From the NCBI GenBank assembly GCA_008690995.1, contig VRMN01000004.1, positions 806,001-870,000 of the forward strand: a stretch of 64,000 nucleotides of DNA, given 5' to 3'. Both the position numbers and the translations under genes were made by a program. Below the pieces are notes generated by a model that saw only the letters and a program-made list of their open reading frames with translations, did not search any database and was not told the DNA's origin. Shown in pieces: positions 31,374 to 42,510 of the stretch (positions within the stretch are counted from its first letter, which is position 1; each line of letters starts with the position of its first letter). This DNA comes from Porphyridium purpureum. Lineage: Eukaryota.

Positions 31374-33728
31374 TCATAAAAATTTCGTGACGATTCCTGC
31401 CGCAATGGTTCGGCCATGATCACGCAGTAAGAAGCGACCAAGTGCCCGTAAGGTTGTGTACGTCTCCAGGGGCACTGGGCGCACCGTTTCGAAATGGATG
31501 ATCGCGCTCTGACTCTTTGACAGAAATCGGGGACGCGCTTTGGCTGAGTTGTCAGCAGACTTGTGGTCCTTCTTGCCATGCACGAGTTCGACCAGCTTTA
31601 CGATCGCTCCAGCTTCCTCCATGGCACCCACGTGAAGAATGCATTTGTGTCCAGGTAAAATGGGCGCGCTGACATGCGACAAGATGATAATTTGTGCTTC
31701 AAATCTACTCAGCATGGGCACAGGATTTTCTGGATCACAGAGCACGGCGCCCGATACGAGCAGCGAAGCGTCCACACCATTTTGCACGAAATTTAGTGCG
31801 AGAGTCACCGCATTGTCGCCCGCACATGCCACTTCCATTTTCAGATCTCCGGTCTGAACAGATTTGACGTTGGCGAGCTCGCCCATGGGCATGATCTGCA
31901 GCTTATCGCCGGCCATGATTGAGCCAGAGATCAGCTTGCCGGTCACCGCAGTATCGCCAAGATTCTGGCGGCGCGTGACGTCAGCCACTGAGAATCGAGT
32001 TGGCATTTCTAACAAACTCGCCTGCTCCTGTTCTTTTGCCTTTGCCTGCGCGAGTTCGACGACGGCGTCCAACAAGGTTGGCCCACTCGCGCTGTACCAG
32101 CTGGCCAAATGATGACTGGGTGGCGGTTGCTCGGTCAAATTCAAACCTTCCGCTCCGGACACCGGGATAAATCGTACATTCGAGCGGATTCCGGACTGCT
32201 TCAAAAACGCTGCGAGAATTTCGGAGACTTCCACAAATCTTTTCTGGTCATACTGGACCACGTCCAGCTTGTTGACTGCGACGATCACATGAGCAATGCC
32301 GAGAGCCTTGATGAGTAGTGCGTGCTCGCGCGTTTGCCCATCATTGCCAAACCCAGCTTCAAACTCACCGGGTGATGCGTCTACGACGAGTATGGCGGCG
32401 TCGGCTTGCGAGGCGCCAATGATCATTGTCGGCACAAAGTCACGATGACCAGGTGAGTCGATGAGGACCAGTTGTACCGCTGGAGTGTCTGTCGCACCCG
32501 GTGCCGGCACCTTGGCATGGTGCATAGCAATGTCAATCGTGACACCACGCTGGCGCTCCTCAGGATCCACGTCATTGATCCATGCAAGTTGCTCTTCCTT
32601 GTGCCTGCGCGTGGAGACCGTCCCGATCAGGCGCAAAAAATGGCCAAGAAGGGTGCTTTTGCCAGCATCAACGTGGCCCGTGACCACCAGCGCGATTTGG
32701 CTGCCCATCTCATTCGCGCGACTCCCCTGCAGGGCCCGCACATCCACTTGTTTGTTTCGCTGCTTTGGAGGCGGCGCGACTTTAGGGGCCTGGCCGGAGT
32801 CCCACTCGGAAGCATTTCCTTGCTCGCGGGCTGGCGCTGAGTCTCCTGTCTTTCGCCCGGGGTCCGCTTTCTTGGTGGACTCAATCACCGTGACAGACCT
32901 TCTTGACTTTGGCCGTGGTAATTCTACTTTAAGCGGCGCCGACTTTTGCCCAGTCACGTCGGCCAAAGTACTCCGTTCGTCCACCGGGATTGAAGGGCTT
33001 TCTGGTTGTGTTCGATCCCGGAGACTGTTCAGCTGCGACGATTCCCAGGGCGACGCTACGCCTCGCCCTGCAAGCACAATGTCGTCCGGCGACGGCTGAT
33101 CAAACTGAAACATCATTGGGGCATCATCAGCTCCAGCAGAATCTGCGGACGGTTCAAAGCCAGGCGGAATATTTAAATAGCTGGCTCGTACATCTTCTTG
33201 CAAAAGCTGCGCAAAGGAAGACAACTCTCGTCCGACATCTAAGGATGGTCCTGGACCATTCGGCCCCACCTCCAGGTCGTGTGACACTTGGTCACTATGC
33301 ATCGCCTTCGTCCGTAGACCAGGCATCTCGCCGTACCCGTCCAAGAGCTCCGCAATAGCTATTTCAACATCATAGTCGCTCCTCCGCAACGCCGCATCAA
33401 CCTGTGCCTTTGTGAACGCGTCGCCCAGGATCGTGCGCACTTGTTCGGTCGCCGTGTCCAACAAGTGCTCCTCCCTCAAGATCTGCTCACGCGACGGTGC
33501 ATCTGCCCGGGCATTATCGTTCTTGCCTGCACCATCGGCCAAATTCAGGCTGAGCACGTCGCCCAGCGTCTGCTGCGGAGGTCGAGTCTGGCAATCGTAC
33601 ATATACTGTGCCGCCACGCTCGGCGACATCTCACCACTCGAGAACGACCGCGCAAAACTGTCATCATCATCCGACAGGTCGCGCTCCTCGTCATAGTTCA
33701 TGTTCCGCACATATCGATGGCGCGACAT
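31374..33728 (-). CDS. HBS1: HBS1-like translational GTPase
   Basis: HBS1-type N-terminus MSRHRYVRNMNYDE, UBA-like HBS1_N segment, GHVDAGKST, RGVTID, DSPGHRDF, NKLD and GRFLLRDHGRTIAAG. Confidence 0.92.
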   Translation of the reverse strand: MSRHRYVRNMNYDEERDLSDDDDSFARSFSSGEMSPSVAAQYMYDCQTRPPQQTLGDVLSLNLADGAGKNDNARADAPSREQILREEHLLDTATEQVRTILGDAFTKAQVDAALRRSDYDVEIAIAELLDGYGEMPGLRTKAMHSDQVSHDLEVGPNGPGPSLDVGRELSSFAQLLQEDVRASYLNIPPGFEPSADSAGADDAPMMFQFDQPSPDDIVLAGRGVASPWESSQLNSLRDRTQPESPSIPVDERSTLADVTGQKSAPLKVELPRPKSRRSVTVIESTKKADPGRKTGDSAPAREQGNASEWDSGQAPKVAPPPKQRNKQVDVRALQGSRANEMGSQIALVVTGHVDAGKSTLLGHFLRLIGTVSTRRHKEEQLAWINDVDPEERQRGVTIDIAMHHAKVPAPGATDTPAVQLVLIDSPGHRDFVPTMIIGASQADAAILVVDASPGEFEAGFGNDGQTREHALLIKALGIAHVIVAVNKLDVVQYDQKRFVEVSEILAAFLKQSGIRSNVRFIPVSGAEGLNLTEQPPPSHHLASWYSASGPTLLDAVVELAQAKAKEQEQASLLEMPTRFSVADVTRRQNLGDTAVTGKLISGSIMAGDKLQIMPMGELANVKSVQTGDLKMEVACAGDNAVTLALNFVQNGVDASLLVSGAVLCDPENPVPMLSRFEAQIIILSHVSAPILPGHKCILHVGAMEEAGAIVKLVELVHGKKDHKSADNSAKARPRFLSKSQSAIIHFETVRPVPLETYTTLRALGRFLLRDHGRTIAAGIVTKFL

Positions 33729-35317
33729 CTCATGAATCCCTGCCGACCCGGCCTCCTCTCTTCCCTCTCTCGCCGCCGAGACCGTACTCAAGCCTACGTC
33801 ACAATCGCCGATGTTGCTGTGCGACAAGCAGGGAAAGCCGTGTGAAGGGAGTAAGCGGAAGTGCTTTGAGAGAGTCAAGCCCTTTCGTGGTCTACGGCAT
33901 CGGCGACTCGGTACCGGAACCGAGTGGTCGAACAAGTGATGAGCGGCAGAGACAAGGGCGACTGGTGAACAACTTCGGAAAATGCTTGCGGTTTTCGTTG
34001 TGTCTAGAGACTGGTAAGAACAAAGAGCAGACATGCGTATAAATGCCGTTCTCGTAAGACGCATACGAAAAAAAATAAGCACGACGTAGACATCTTGCCA
34101 GGAAAACTCTAGGCGCTTCCTTTACTCTTTCTCAAATTGCTCGTGAAGGATGCCGACAGACGCACACAGAACTTTGGCTGAGCAAAAAAGCTTCCCCATA
34201 GGCTTAGCTGGACCATGAGGCTCGGCACTATCGCGCCCGACTCCACAGAGTCATCCCGACGCACCGGTGACCAAGGGTTTCCCCGCAGCGTCAGGCAGAA
34301 AGCTCCCTAAAAGTCCACCTTGTCTGTGCCGCACACTTGCTTGCCCAAACCCGTCTGAACAACCTCAATCAAGACACACGCTTCATACCCGGCTGTGGTC
34401 TTCTCTGCACCAGCGGAGCACAGGAGGAGAGGAGATGGCTCATTTTGAATCAAGCAGTTTCGCACGCTCCAACTGGACGAGCAATGTCGCGGAAACGCAG
34501 TCGCCGCATCCTGAGTCAGCGAGCTCATCTTTCTCTTCCAAGGGGCTACGCCGTTATTCTTCTGTCCACCGTTGCCTTCGCACCTTGCCCTCTCGTACGT
34601 TGCCGTGCCAGGAAAACCAACCCACATTGATTCCAAGCCGTCAGATTCAGCTCTAAGCGAAAGATCAACGCTTGAAGATCTTCCTACCGTTGATTCCTTG
34701 CGGGACTTCCATATCAACCACAGCGAAAGCCAAATCGCTCACAAAGATAAAGCACGATCGACTACTTCGAACACATGCCCGCAAGAAAGTGGAAGTGATC
34801 ATGAATATACATTCTTGATTGACGCTTGAATGGTGGCAACTCTTACCGCCGGCAAGATGCGTGCACCGTGAAGCCACAGCGTGAAGTTAGCAAAGCTCAC
34901 CCCCCGCAGAAGGGTCTAGAGCAGTTTCCTTTTCTTTCTATGGAAAGGGCCAAGTCATGTCCGACACGGGTTGCGACGCCGCAGCTCTATGCACAAAGAG
35001 CAGAGCGTATGTTGCGGCGCTCATCGTTGCTGCATGTTTGCTCGCCACAAAAATGATCCAACTGCATTGAGTTTCAACATTGGGCACGCATAGAGACATT
35101 CTCTAGACTGGTAGCCAATGAGTCCACCAAGCTGGGTTCATGGCACAAAGCTGCAAGCACGGCTTAATTTGACAAGGCATCTTAGAGCCAAAACAAAAAC
35201 CAGCTTTTTCCAGGGGTAGATCACGCTATAACGAATTCCAACCCGCTCGGCAGATCAGGCTTCAACCTAGTCCGCATTAGACTCAGACGCCAAAGCTTAA
35301 AGAGAGAGGGAGAAAGG

Positions 35318-37612
35318 TCAGCGGCGAGATTTTCCCCCGCGCCTCTTTGCGTTCTTCTGCTTGTCGTGCAGCGACGACATCTTTCGCCGGTGTTTCTGCT
35401 TATTCATAAGCATCATCGCGTCCTTTTGCTTCTGCTTGACCTTGTTTGTTGTCCCTCCTCCCTTATCCTTGCGGCCCTTCTTGGAACCGAACTTCTCACG
35501 ATCCTCGCGCCCAGCGTGCACCGACACTAATCGCTCCTCCAAGGTACGCCGTTGCTTCTTTTGATATGACTCAATCTCAGATGTTGAAACAGGACGGTCA
35601 TCAATACCCCGTTTGCGTAAGAGCGTCCCGGCATTTGATGCCATCTCCGCGCGCCTGCGAGCGATAATCGCATAATCCTCGTCATCAAGCACGCGCGTGG
35701 TCAACATCTGAAGCGCTCTGGCTTTTCGATCGAGAGCGGGATCGGTCTCATCAGGCACGTCCTCCTCATCCTCCACATCAGAAGCCTCGCTTGAGGAGTC
35801 TTCCGTGCCGTTTTCGCTCCTTGCAATGGCTTCTGCGTCTAGCTCATCCCCTTCGGCCTCGGAAAGATCTTCTCCATCCTTGCTGTCGTCGCTTGACTCT
35901 TCTTCATCATCACTTTCTTCTCCTTCTTCTTCGTCCTCTTGGCCACTTCCCTCAGAATCCAAAGGCTCCACATCGATCTTTGCGGGAACATCTTTTGTAT
36001 CCTCTTCAGAATTCGATCCATCCTCCAAATCACTTTCGCTGTCCTGCAACAGATCAGCCCCTTCCACCGTGTCAACCATGTTGCGCTGCCCGTACCGGAG
36101 CTCGGTGGTGAGCCCTCGCATTTGGCGCAATTGCGCATCTTTACCGCGGTCCTTCTTTGCGAGCAGGCCGGGCTTCACATCACGATACACCTGCATAAGA
36201 GATCGTGCAGCCATCGCAACGCCCTTGTCACGATGCGTGCGAAAGGCAACCAGATCTTGAAGCAGAGCTCCTTTATCTTCAAGGCTTTCTGCATTCTCAA
36301 TCTCGATCGCAAGTGGTGCGCGCGCGCAAATGGCACGAACAGCGTTGAGCCCTGCCGCAATCATTTCCTCCATGCACCGATCTGCAATGAAATTGTCAGC
36401 AATGGTGCGAATGAGCGGATGCAGTACATCGGGAGGCACCAAGTCATGCACTGATGTGGCCAAATACGCGAGCAACTTGGTGATATCTCTTTGATGCGGC
36501 TGCAGGAAGCGCTGGAAATACGGGTACAGGTTGAGCAGAAAGAGCTCGTGTATCCCAGTAAGACGAGTGATCAAGTCCAACGCAACGAGCCGAACCTCGT
36601 ACTTTTCGTTCTTGCGCCTATTTTGAACATCCGAGAACAGCCGCTCGGCAAAGCTTTGAGGATCGTTCAACAACATCATGGCTGAAAATGGGCTCTTGCT
36701 CTGCGCGTCATTCCCCGAATGACCGGATTTCACGCGATCCATCCTGGCCAACTGACGCTCCAAACGCTTCTTCCTCCGCGAGCTTTTCTTCGATGTTCGA
36801 TGAAAGGTTTCCCACATCACACGTGCGGTCTCGCCGTGGTTAGAGTTGAATTTTACGCCCTTGTTTGTCTTGCGCGGATTTGCGCCGTTCTCGTGGTAGT
36901 CTTCTTCGTCACTGGTAACGTCAGAATCGTTTGCTCCGTCTTCGTGCAAGTGCCTCTCGGAGTCAAGCAAAAAGCGCCCTGCAATAAGAAACACGGAAGC
37001 GTTTTCGTGGAAGCATGCGGACGCGATCACATTCGCCGTACGCGCGTCCCTCCAGACATGCGTCCGGAATAACTCTGTCAGTACATGCAGCGAGCGCTTT
37101 ACAAGCTGCTCGTCGGGTTCTTGGAGACGCTCGTACAGGAAGCCCTGCAGCTTGCGATTCACCTGTTCGTTCGCATGCTTCTTGTTGATATTCCTCAAGT
37201 CGGCAATGATATGGCCGTGCAGCGTTTTGCGCAGCTGCTTGTCAGCAATGTTCAGCATGCCGAAAAATAGTTGCACAACTTGAACAATTGGCGCGGCGCC
37301 CTTTGACCGGAGCACGGCGAGTGCGCGCACGAGCTGGCGGCGAAGCTCGTAGTCCATGACTTTGGCGTGGAGTCCAAGCACTCGAATGAGCGTCGCGGCG
37401 ACCTGCGCACTATGATCCTTATACGCCGTGCCCACGCTCGCCATAAACCCAGCCAGCTCGCCCAGCCGCGCACTCGCGTCCGACGGACGCAGCTCGAGCG
37501 CCGCAATCAGCGCGTCAAACTGCCGCTTCTGCTGCACATACTCTGGCACATACGAGGCGGGATCCTTCCTGCACCTGCTCAGCAGAAGCTGCAGATCTGC
37601 GGCGTCCGACAT
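35318..37612 (-). CDS. SDA1: SDA1, 60S biogenesis factor
   Basis: KDPASYVPEY, LYPYFQRFLQPHQRDIT, GLNAVRAICARAP, AARSLMQVYR..LAKKDRGK, and acidic and basic tail. Confidence 0.95.
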   Translation of the reverse strand: MSDAADLQLLLSRCRKDPASYVPEYVQQKRQFDALIAALELRPSDASARLGELAGFMASVGTAYKDHSAQVAATLIRVLGLHAKVMDYELRRQLVRALAVLRSKGAAPIVQVVQLFFGMLNIADKQLRKTLHGHIIADLRNINKKHANEQVNRKLQGFLYERLQEPDEQLVKRSLHVLTELFRTHVWRDARTANVIASACFHENASVFLIAGRFLLDSERHLHEDGANDSDVTSDEEDYHENGANPRKTNKGVKFNSNHGETARVMWETFHRTSKKSSRRKKRLERQLARMDRVKSGHSGNDAQSKSPFSAMMLLNDPQSFAERLFSDVQNRRKNEKYEVRLVALDLITRLTGIHELFLLNLYPYFQRFLQPHQRDITKLLAYLATSVHDLVPPDVLHPLIRTIADNFIADRCMEEMIAAGLNAVRAICARAPLAIEIENAESLEDKGALLQDLVAFRTHRDKGVAMAARSLMQVYRDVKPGLLAKKDRGKDAQLRQMRGLTTELRYGQRNMVDTVEGADLLQDSESDLEDGSNSEEDTKDVPAKIDVEPLDSEGSGQEDEEEGEESDDEEESSDDSKDGEDLSEAEGDELDAEAIARSENGTEDSSSEASDVEDEEDVPDETDPALDRKARALQMLTTRVLDDEDYAIIARRRAEMASNAGTLLRKRGIDDRPVSTSEIESYQKKQRRTLEERLVSVHAGREDREKFGSKKGRKDKGGGTTNKVKQKQKDAMMLMNKQKHRRKMSSLHDKQKNAKRRGGKSRR

Positions 37613-38824
37613 GGCTCCTTCTGACCCGCACCCCTCTCCACCCTCCGTCTCGCGCGCTTCATGCACCGGGACCTTTACCGTCTCTTCCCTCGTCTCACTC
37701 CCAAATCGCCTTTTGCCACCGCCACACCGCCGCGTCACCGCTCGGCCGCTTGATAATAGTAAAACAATCAAAATTTAATATGAAGTTTCGTCTAGGGTTT
37801 CTAAAACCTGACACAGCAACGACGGCGGCTGCGGTTGGATGGTTGGACATGCAGGCACGGCGGTCCGAGCGCACGCATGCGGTGCGACATGGACTGACTG
37901 ATCTGAGAAGACGATCGTTAAAGGGAGGCCGTAGGACTAGAGATACCCACGCGGCTGATCTGTTATGAACCGCAGCTTGCAGACATGGAAAGAGCTGCTC
38001 TGCTCCTGGACTGGTGAGCAGAGCTTCACAATTACAAGGAGCTTTGCTGTTGTCTTGCATCTCGTCACTTTTGTTGGGTAGGTGGTCACATTGCCTGGTT
38101 CAGCGCTCGGAGATCCGGGCCGGATCTGCGAAAAAAGTAAATTCCATCGCGACTGTGAAGGATGTTGTAAAGATGCAAAGTCGAAGAGCGCTGGTTAGTT
38201 TCCTCTGCCACAGCAGCATATATATTCTATACGAATGATGCTATGTCAACATTGACCACGATGATGCTCCACAACGCATGAGTTGGGCATGTTGATGGTC
38301 GTGCAGCGGGCGCTGTGCACTCGGACACCGCCAAATCCTCAGCCCCGAAAGATGGTTAACTTGTAATGTGTGTTTTCCCCATGTAAATCGGCCATGAGAT
38401 TGACATCATCATCATTGGATTTCGAATCGCTCGTCACCACGCTGCGCCGCCGCATGCGCCGAAAGCCCTTCATCAGTTGGAAGGCCGGCAAAGTCACTCA
38501 CGAACGTACCTTCTTTTTACGTGACGACGGCTCGCCAAGCCAGTCTGCCGCCTTTGACGTCCGAAGAGCCAACCATTTGCTCCTCGCTTTTTACCTCGGA
38601 TACTTTCGAGCGCGCGGACGCCAAAATCAAAAGTCTTTGGTTCTGGGCGGCGCCGTCTGTAGTATAAAGGCTGCGATGTCGGTGACTCGTTCAGCATGTG
38701 TGGCGTCTGGTGCGGGGCCCGCGAGAAGACACGAGCTGGCGCTTGAGTGGAGCATTCGTGTCTAGCGCAGACAGCCAGAGATTTGGAGGTAAGGAAGGTT
38801 GTGTGTTGAGAAAAGACCGACCAA

Positions 38825-39427
38825 ATGGCGCGCGTCTTGTACGGTTTGGTTTCCTTCGCTGTAGTGTGGCTGCTAGCGTTGACTACGGTATCTGGAACTT
38901 CGCTCGGAGATGATTTCGGCCACTATTTTCCGACGGCGTCCATCAAGCCCAGTTACGATGGAGAAGCACGATCAAAAAACTATTTGCACTGGGCAGGCTC
39001 ACCAGCTGTGAAGGACCATAAGGCCGAGGTGAGCCTGGATTACACTTGGCTGGCGTACGGTGAATGTGACGGCCCACGCATTGATGTGCACAGTCCCAAG
39101 CTGTTACTTGTGCGCTCGGGGTGCATTTGCGTGGATATAGTGGAGGAGAATACTCCAAAGTTCACCGGTGAGAAGACTGTTACAGTCACTGCCGGCCGAG
39201 GTGGCGTCGTGTATGTTCCCATGTCACTACTGCATACCATCCGCGCTTGCAAGTGTGAAAAGGATGCTCATGACGGTGACATGGAGGCCGCGTACGTGAG
39301 TTACTTTCCAAAAACAATTAAGGCACTGCCATTCCCTGATGCGATGAAGGAATTTGGCAAGATTGTACTGACGTCGCACTTTAACCTCAAGTACGAGCAC
39401 GTCTATGCTCTTCTTGAGAAGGATTGA
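38825..39427 (+). CDS. Hypothetical secreted protein (200 aa)
   Basis: Clear signal peptide and several Cys; a TATA-like tataaa lies ~160 bp upstream. No family recognised. Confidence 0.6.
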   Translation: MARVLYGLVSFAVVWLLALTTVSGTSLGDDFGHYFPTASIKPSYDGEARSKNYLHWAGSPAVKDHKAEVSLDYTWLAYGECDGPRIDVHSPKLLLVRSGCICVDIVEENTPKFTGEKTVTVTAGRGGVVYVPMSLLHTIRACKCEKDAHDGDMEAAYVSYFPKTIKALPFPDAMKEFGKIVLTSHFNLKYEHVYALLEKD

Positions 39428-39566
39428 GGAGCCCCGTCGGCGCTCTTGCCTTGTTGCTTGCCACTGGCATGTTTCGAAGCCGTCGGCAGCTTGTACAGCC
39501 GAAACTTTGATTGCCAGTGTTCCCGGGATTTCCCCGCTCGTATATTCAGCTCTACGACCTCCGAGT

Positions 39567-40052
39567 TTACTTTGTTTCGATAAATTCGAGCGCATTGCCG
39601 TCCAGGTCACGACAAAAGAGCGCGCGCCGACCGCTCTTACTCATGGTGTAGAAAACACCGTTTGCATTCAGACTCTCTACGAGTGGATCAATGTCCTCAA
39701 CGTTGAGCGCCACATGCTTATCTCGCCCACCATGTTCGGGGCGTCCGTCCTTTGCGTCTGGGTTGGGTAGCTCCATAAGATGGATTTGATGCTCGCCCGC
39801 CCGCACAAACGCTCCGCCGAAAGCCAAGTTCGGGCGCGTCGCCGTGTCATCGCTCATTCCCAGCACATTCACGTAAAACTCCAGCGCCTTGGCCGTATCC
39901 TCTACAATCATGCCTGCGTGACTAAACCCTTTGTGACGAATCTTCTTGGGTGCGCCAGCAGGCCCACTCATATTGAGACACACAGTTCGAAGCTGAGCTC
40001 GGGATGTGCGCGAGCTGCCTGTGAGCCCTGAACCACCGAATACGAATGCCAT
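39567..40052 (-). CDS. Glyoxalase/VOC-family protein, plastid-targeted
   Basis: MAFV transit peptide, HAGMIV..ALEFYVNVLG, QIHLMELPNPD, HGGRDKH and RDLDGNALEF. Confidence 0.9.
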   Translation of the reverse strand: MAFVFGGSGLTGSSRTSRAQLRTVCLNMSGPAGAPKKIRHKGFSHAGMIVEDTAKALEFYVNVLGMSDDTATRPNLAFGGAFVRAGEHQIHLMELPNPDAKDGRPEHGGRDKHVALNVEDIDPLVESLNANGVFYTMSKSGRRALFCRDLDGNALEFIETK

Positions 40053-40413
40053 TGTACCCCCTGCGAGTTCCAGTCATGCAACACCTCGCGCAAACTTTTT
40101 CCTCCACTGTTGCCCACCACATCTCGCACCTTTCACCTTGTAATCGGTTCAAACCGATACGCCGATTCAGTGCATGTGCAGCGTTTCATTGCAAGGTGCA
40201 AAACAAAGTCACGGGTGAGGGGAAAAAAAGCAAGGAAGAATACCAACATGTGCTCTGAAATACACTCGACGTGGGAGGCCAGCGAAACGCTCCACTCAAG
40301 CGGCCAGGCAGTCAGCTCCGCAGCACCAACACGCAAAGCCACGCACCGCATTCTAAAGCAGCTGAGGATTCCTCCTTTTCGCAATTGCAATTTTAAAATG
40401 CTACAGCCTGTGC

Positions 40414-42423
40414 TTAACACCAGTTGACCAGCATGAACACGACCAGGCCAAACGCCACTCGTTGCCATACCGGCAGAGCCTGCTCATGCAGCGGAAGCGG
40501 CTGCGTTCGAACCGCATGATTAGCTTGAGCCTTGGCGTCATGCACACTTCGCTGGCCGAGGATCGCAGTCTCGTAGAGAACGTCAAAGAGCGGGCGCATA
40601 CCCGAGTCAACGGACTCGTGGGGAATTCCAGGGCCCATCGGCGGGCCATCAATGCGAGTCACCGTTCGTGTGGCGTTTTCGAGAAACACAATGGGGACCG
40701 ACTCTGCAAAACGGGTCGGGGCGGCGATCTGCGCCTCCTGAACAGGATGTGACCGCATGGTCTCGGATTCTGAAACATTTCGACCTGGCCTGAAGCAACG
40801 GCGGAAAAGAGCAAGTGGTATCGCTCTGATTCTTCGCAAAAGATGAATCGACCATAATGCGACCTGTACAAGCCCGGGTACGGTCGCGTGAGCAAGCAGG
40901 CAAGCCCGCACGAGCTCGATCCTCCTTTGCTCGAATTCGTGTTGGCTCTTCATGCTTGCCGGCGCACGACTTGATGCGTGCGTTAAGATCACAATGAGAC
41001 GCTCCCATACTCGATTTCCATAGAATGCGCGCAGTGCCCTGTACGAGTGATAGAAGCTCGGCAATCGGAGATCGTCTGCTCGCTCGACTAAAAACACAGC
41101 GTCCGCCGGCGGTTGCCCGCCAAGCTGTTGCCGCACAGACCTGAAATCGCCCGAGTTTAAAATGATTCTTGACGGTATCGGAACATCGTCCTGCATGAGA
41201 CGGCCCCCGGCGAACTGCTCACAGGACGGAACTTCATGAATCGTTAGAGCGGCCGCTTTGTTTTCGCACCGCGCCACTGTGGACAGCACGTCCGTGCCCA
41301 CGGGAAGGTAGTCACAGTCACCCGTTTTGTCCTTTTCTTGTCGCGCCAGCACAAAAGAATGCCACGCGATCTTGTTCACCTCAGTCGGTGCTATCGTGTC
41401 GGAACTGAGGCGAACGAAAGCGAGCGGATGGTGCTCGCCGACAAATGCGTCATGTTCCATCAGTGCATTGATCAGGGCGCTCTTGCCAGACCCATGCGCG
41501 CCATGGACGACAATTCGCACATGCTGTCTTTGCGACGCCTGCAGGAACGCGTACGCAATGCTAGTGTCTGGAGGTACGGCTGTCTCAATCCTTGAACGTG
41601 AAGTGCCATCGCGCGTGGAAAACTCAAAGTTCGCATATCTCTCAGCTTGCATCTGATGACAAGCGTGCGCGAATGATGCGGGGTCGACAATGCGCGCGAG
41701 CACCACCAATGTCTTGAGCACTTTCGGTACATTACGTGTCTGCAGCAAGTCTTCTGGAAGGAATCCAATTTCGGATTCTAGCCTCAGCGGCCGTAAGTAA
41801 GGAACTGACATTTTCAAAAGCACCGTCAGATGATCGCGCACAAGCAAGCTAGTAAATTCTAGAGGCAGCGCCAGATGCCCTCCGACATAGAAGCGCCAAA
41901 TTTTTCGCCTCGCGTCGCGCAAGTCCAGGACTTCGTCCTTTGTGAGCGCCGGCACGAACACATCAAGAATCCGCCAATCCATTCGTAGCTGGTCCGTGAT
42001 CGTAACTTGAGAAGTCTCTGCCACCATACTTGTGACATTATGCCCATGCGCGTGTTCGTACTCTTTGGTCACGATCGGTAGTCGAAACTTGACAAAGATT
42101 TCGAGGAAGCGTTCCTGCGCCTCTATATCCATGTTCTCTGGACGAAGCACGTCGTCCTGATGGGATGCATTGTGGCCACCAATTGATTCACGACCGTCAG
42201 CACCATCTTCATTGCCATTAATACAGTCAGAACCGCTTCCGCTCGTTCCGTTCCATGAAGAGCCTGGATCCTGATAGACGATGTTTGTGCGCTGCTCGCC
42301 ACTCCTCCCCCGCGCACCCACAATGGCTTGTAACAGGTTCTGACAGGAATGCGGCGGACTTTCCGCTCGCAACGCGCAAAAGTGGGCGTCAGACTCGTTG
42401 TGCACGGCGCCTGAGTCGCTCAT
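40414..42423 (-). CDS. Toc34/Toc159(AIG1)-like P-loop protein with N-terminal calponin-homology-like segment and C-terminal TM
   Basis: GAHGSGKSALINAL, DAVFLVERAD, YGNRVWERLIVILTHAS, CH-like FLPEDLLQTRNVPKVLKTLVVLA, and tail TM VAFGLVVFMLV. Confidence 0.6.
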   Translation of the reverse strand: MSDSGAVHNESDAHFCALRAESPPHSCQNLLQAIVGARGRSGEQRTNIVYQDPGSSWNGTSGSGSDCINGNEDGADGRESIGGHNASHQDDVLRPENMDIEAQERFLEIFVKFRLPIVTKEYEHAHGHNVTSMVAETSQVTITDQLRMDWRILDVFVPALTKDEVLDLRDARRKIWRFYVGGHLALPLEFTSLLVRDHLTVLLKMSVPYLRPLRLESEIGFLPEDLLQTRNVPKVLKTLVVLARIVDPASFAHACHQMQAERYANFEFSTRDGTSRSRIETAVPPDTSIAYAFLQASQRQHVRIVVHGAHGSGKSALINALMEHDAFVGEHHPLAFVRLSSDTIAPTEVNKIAWHSFVLARQEKDKTGDCDYLPVGTDVLSTVARCENKAAALTIHEVPSCEQFAGGRLMQDDVPIPSRIILNSGDFRSVRQQLGGQPPADAVFLVERADDLRLPSFYHSYRALRAFYGNRVWERLIVILTHASSRAPASMKSQHEFEQRRIELVRACLLAHATVPGLVQVALWSIHLLRRIRAIPLALFRRCFRPGRNVSESETMRSHPVQEAQIAAPTRFAESVPIVFLENATRTVTRIDGPPMGPGIPHESVDSGMRPLFDVLYETAILGQRSVHDAKAQANHAVRTQPLPLHEQALPVWQRVAFGLVVFMLVNWC

Positions 42424-42510
42424 GTCGTCGGCCCTACGCCAGCCTGAGGGACGAGGGTCAAAGGTAAAAGCTTTGATTAACGCGGATGTACTGTTAAAGC
42501 CTTTTTCGTT

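Noticed and set aside
38225..38330. ATGATG motifs suggesting a box C/D snoRNA
   Set aside because: No convincing box D, terminal stem or rRNA guide identified.
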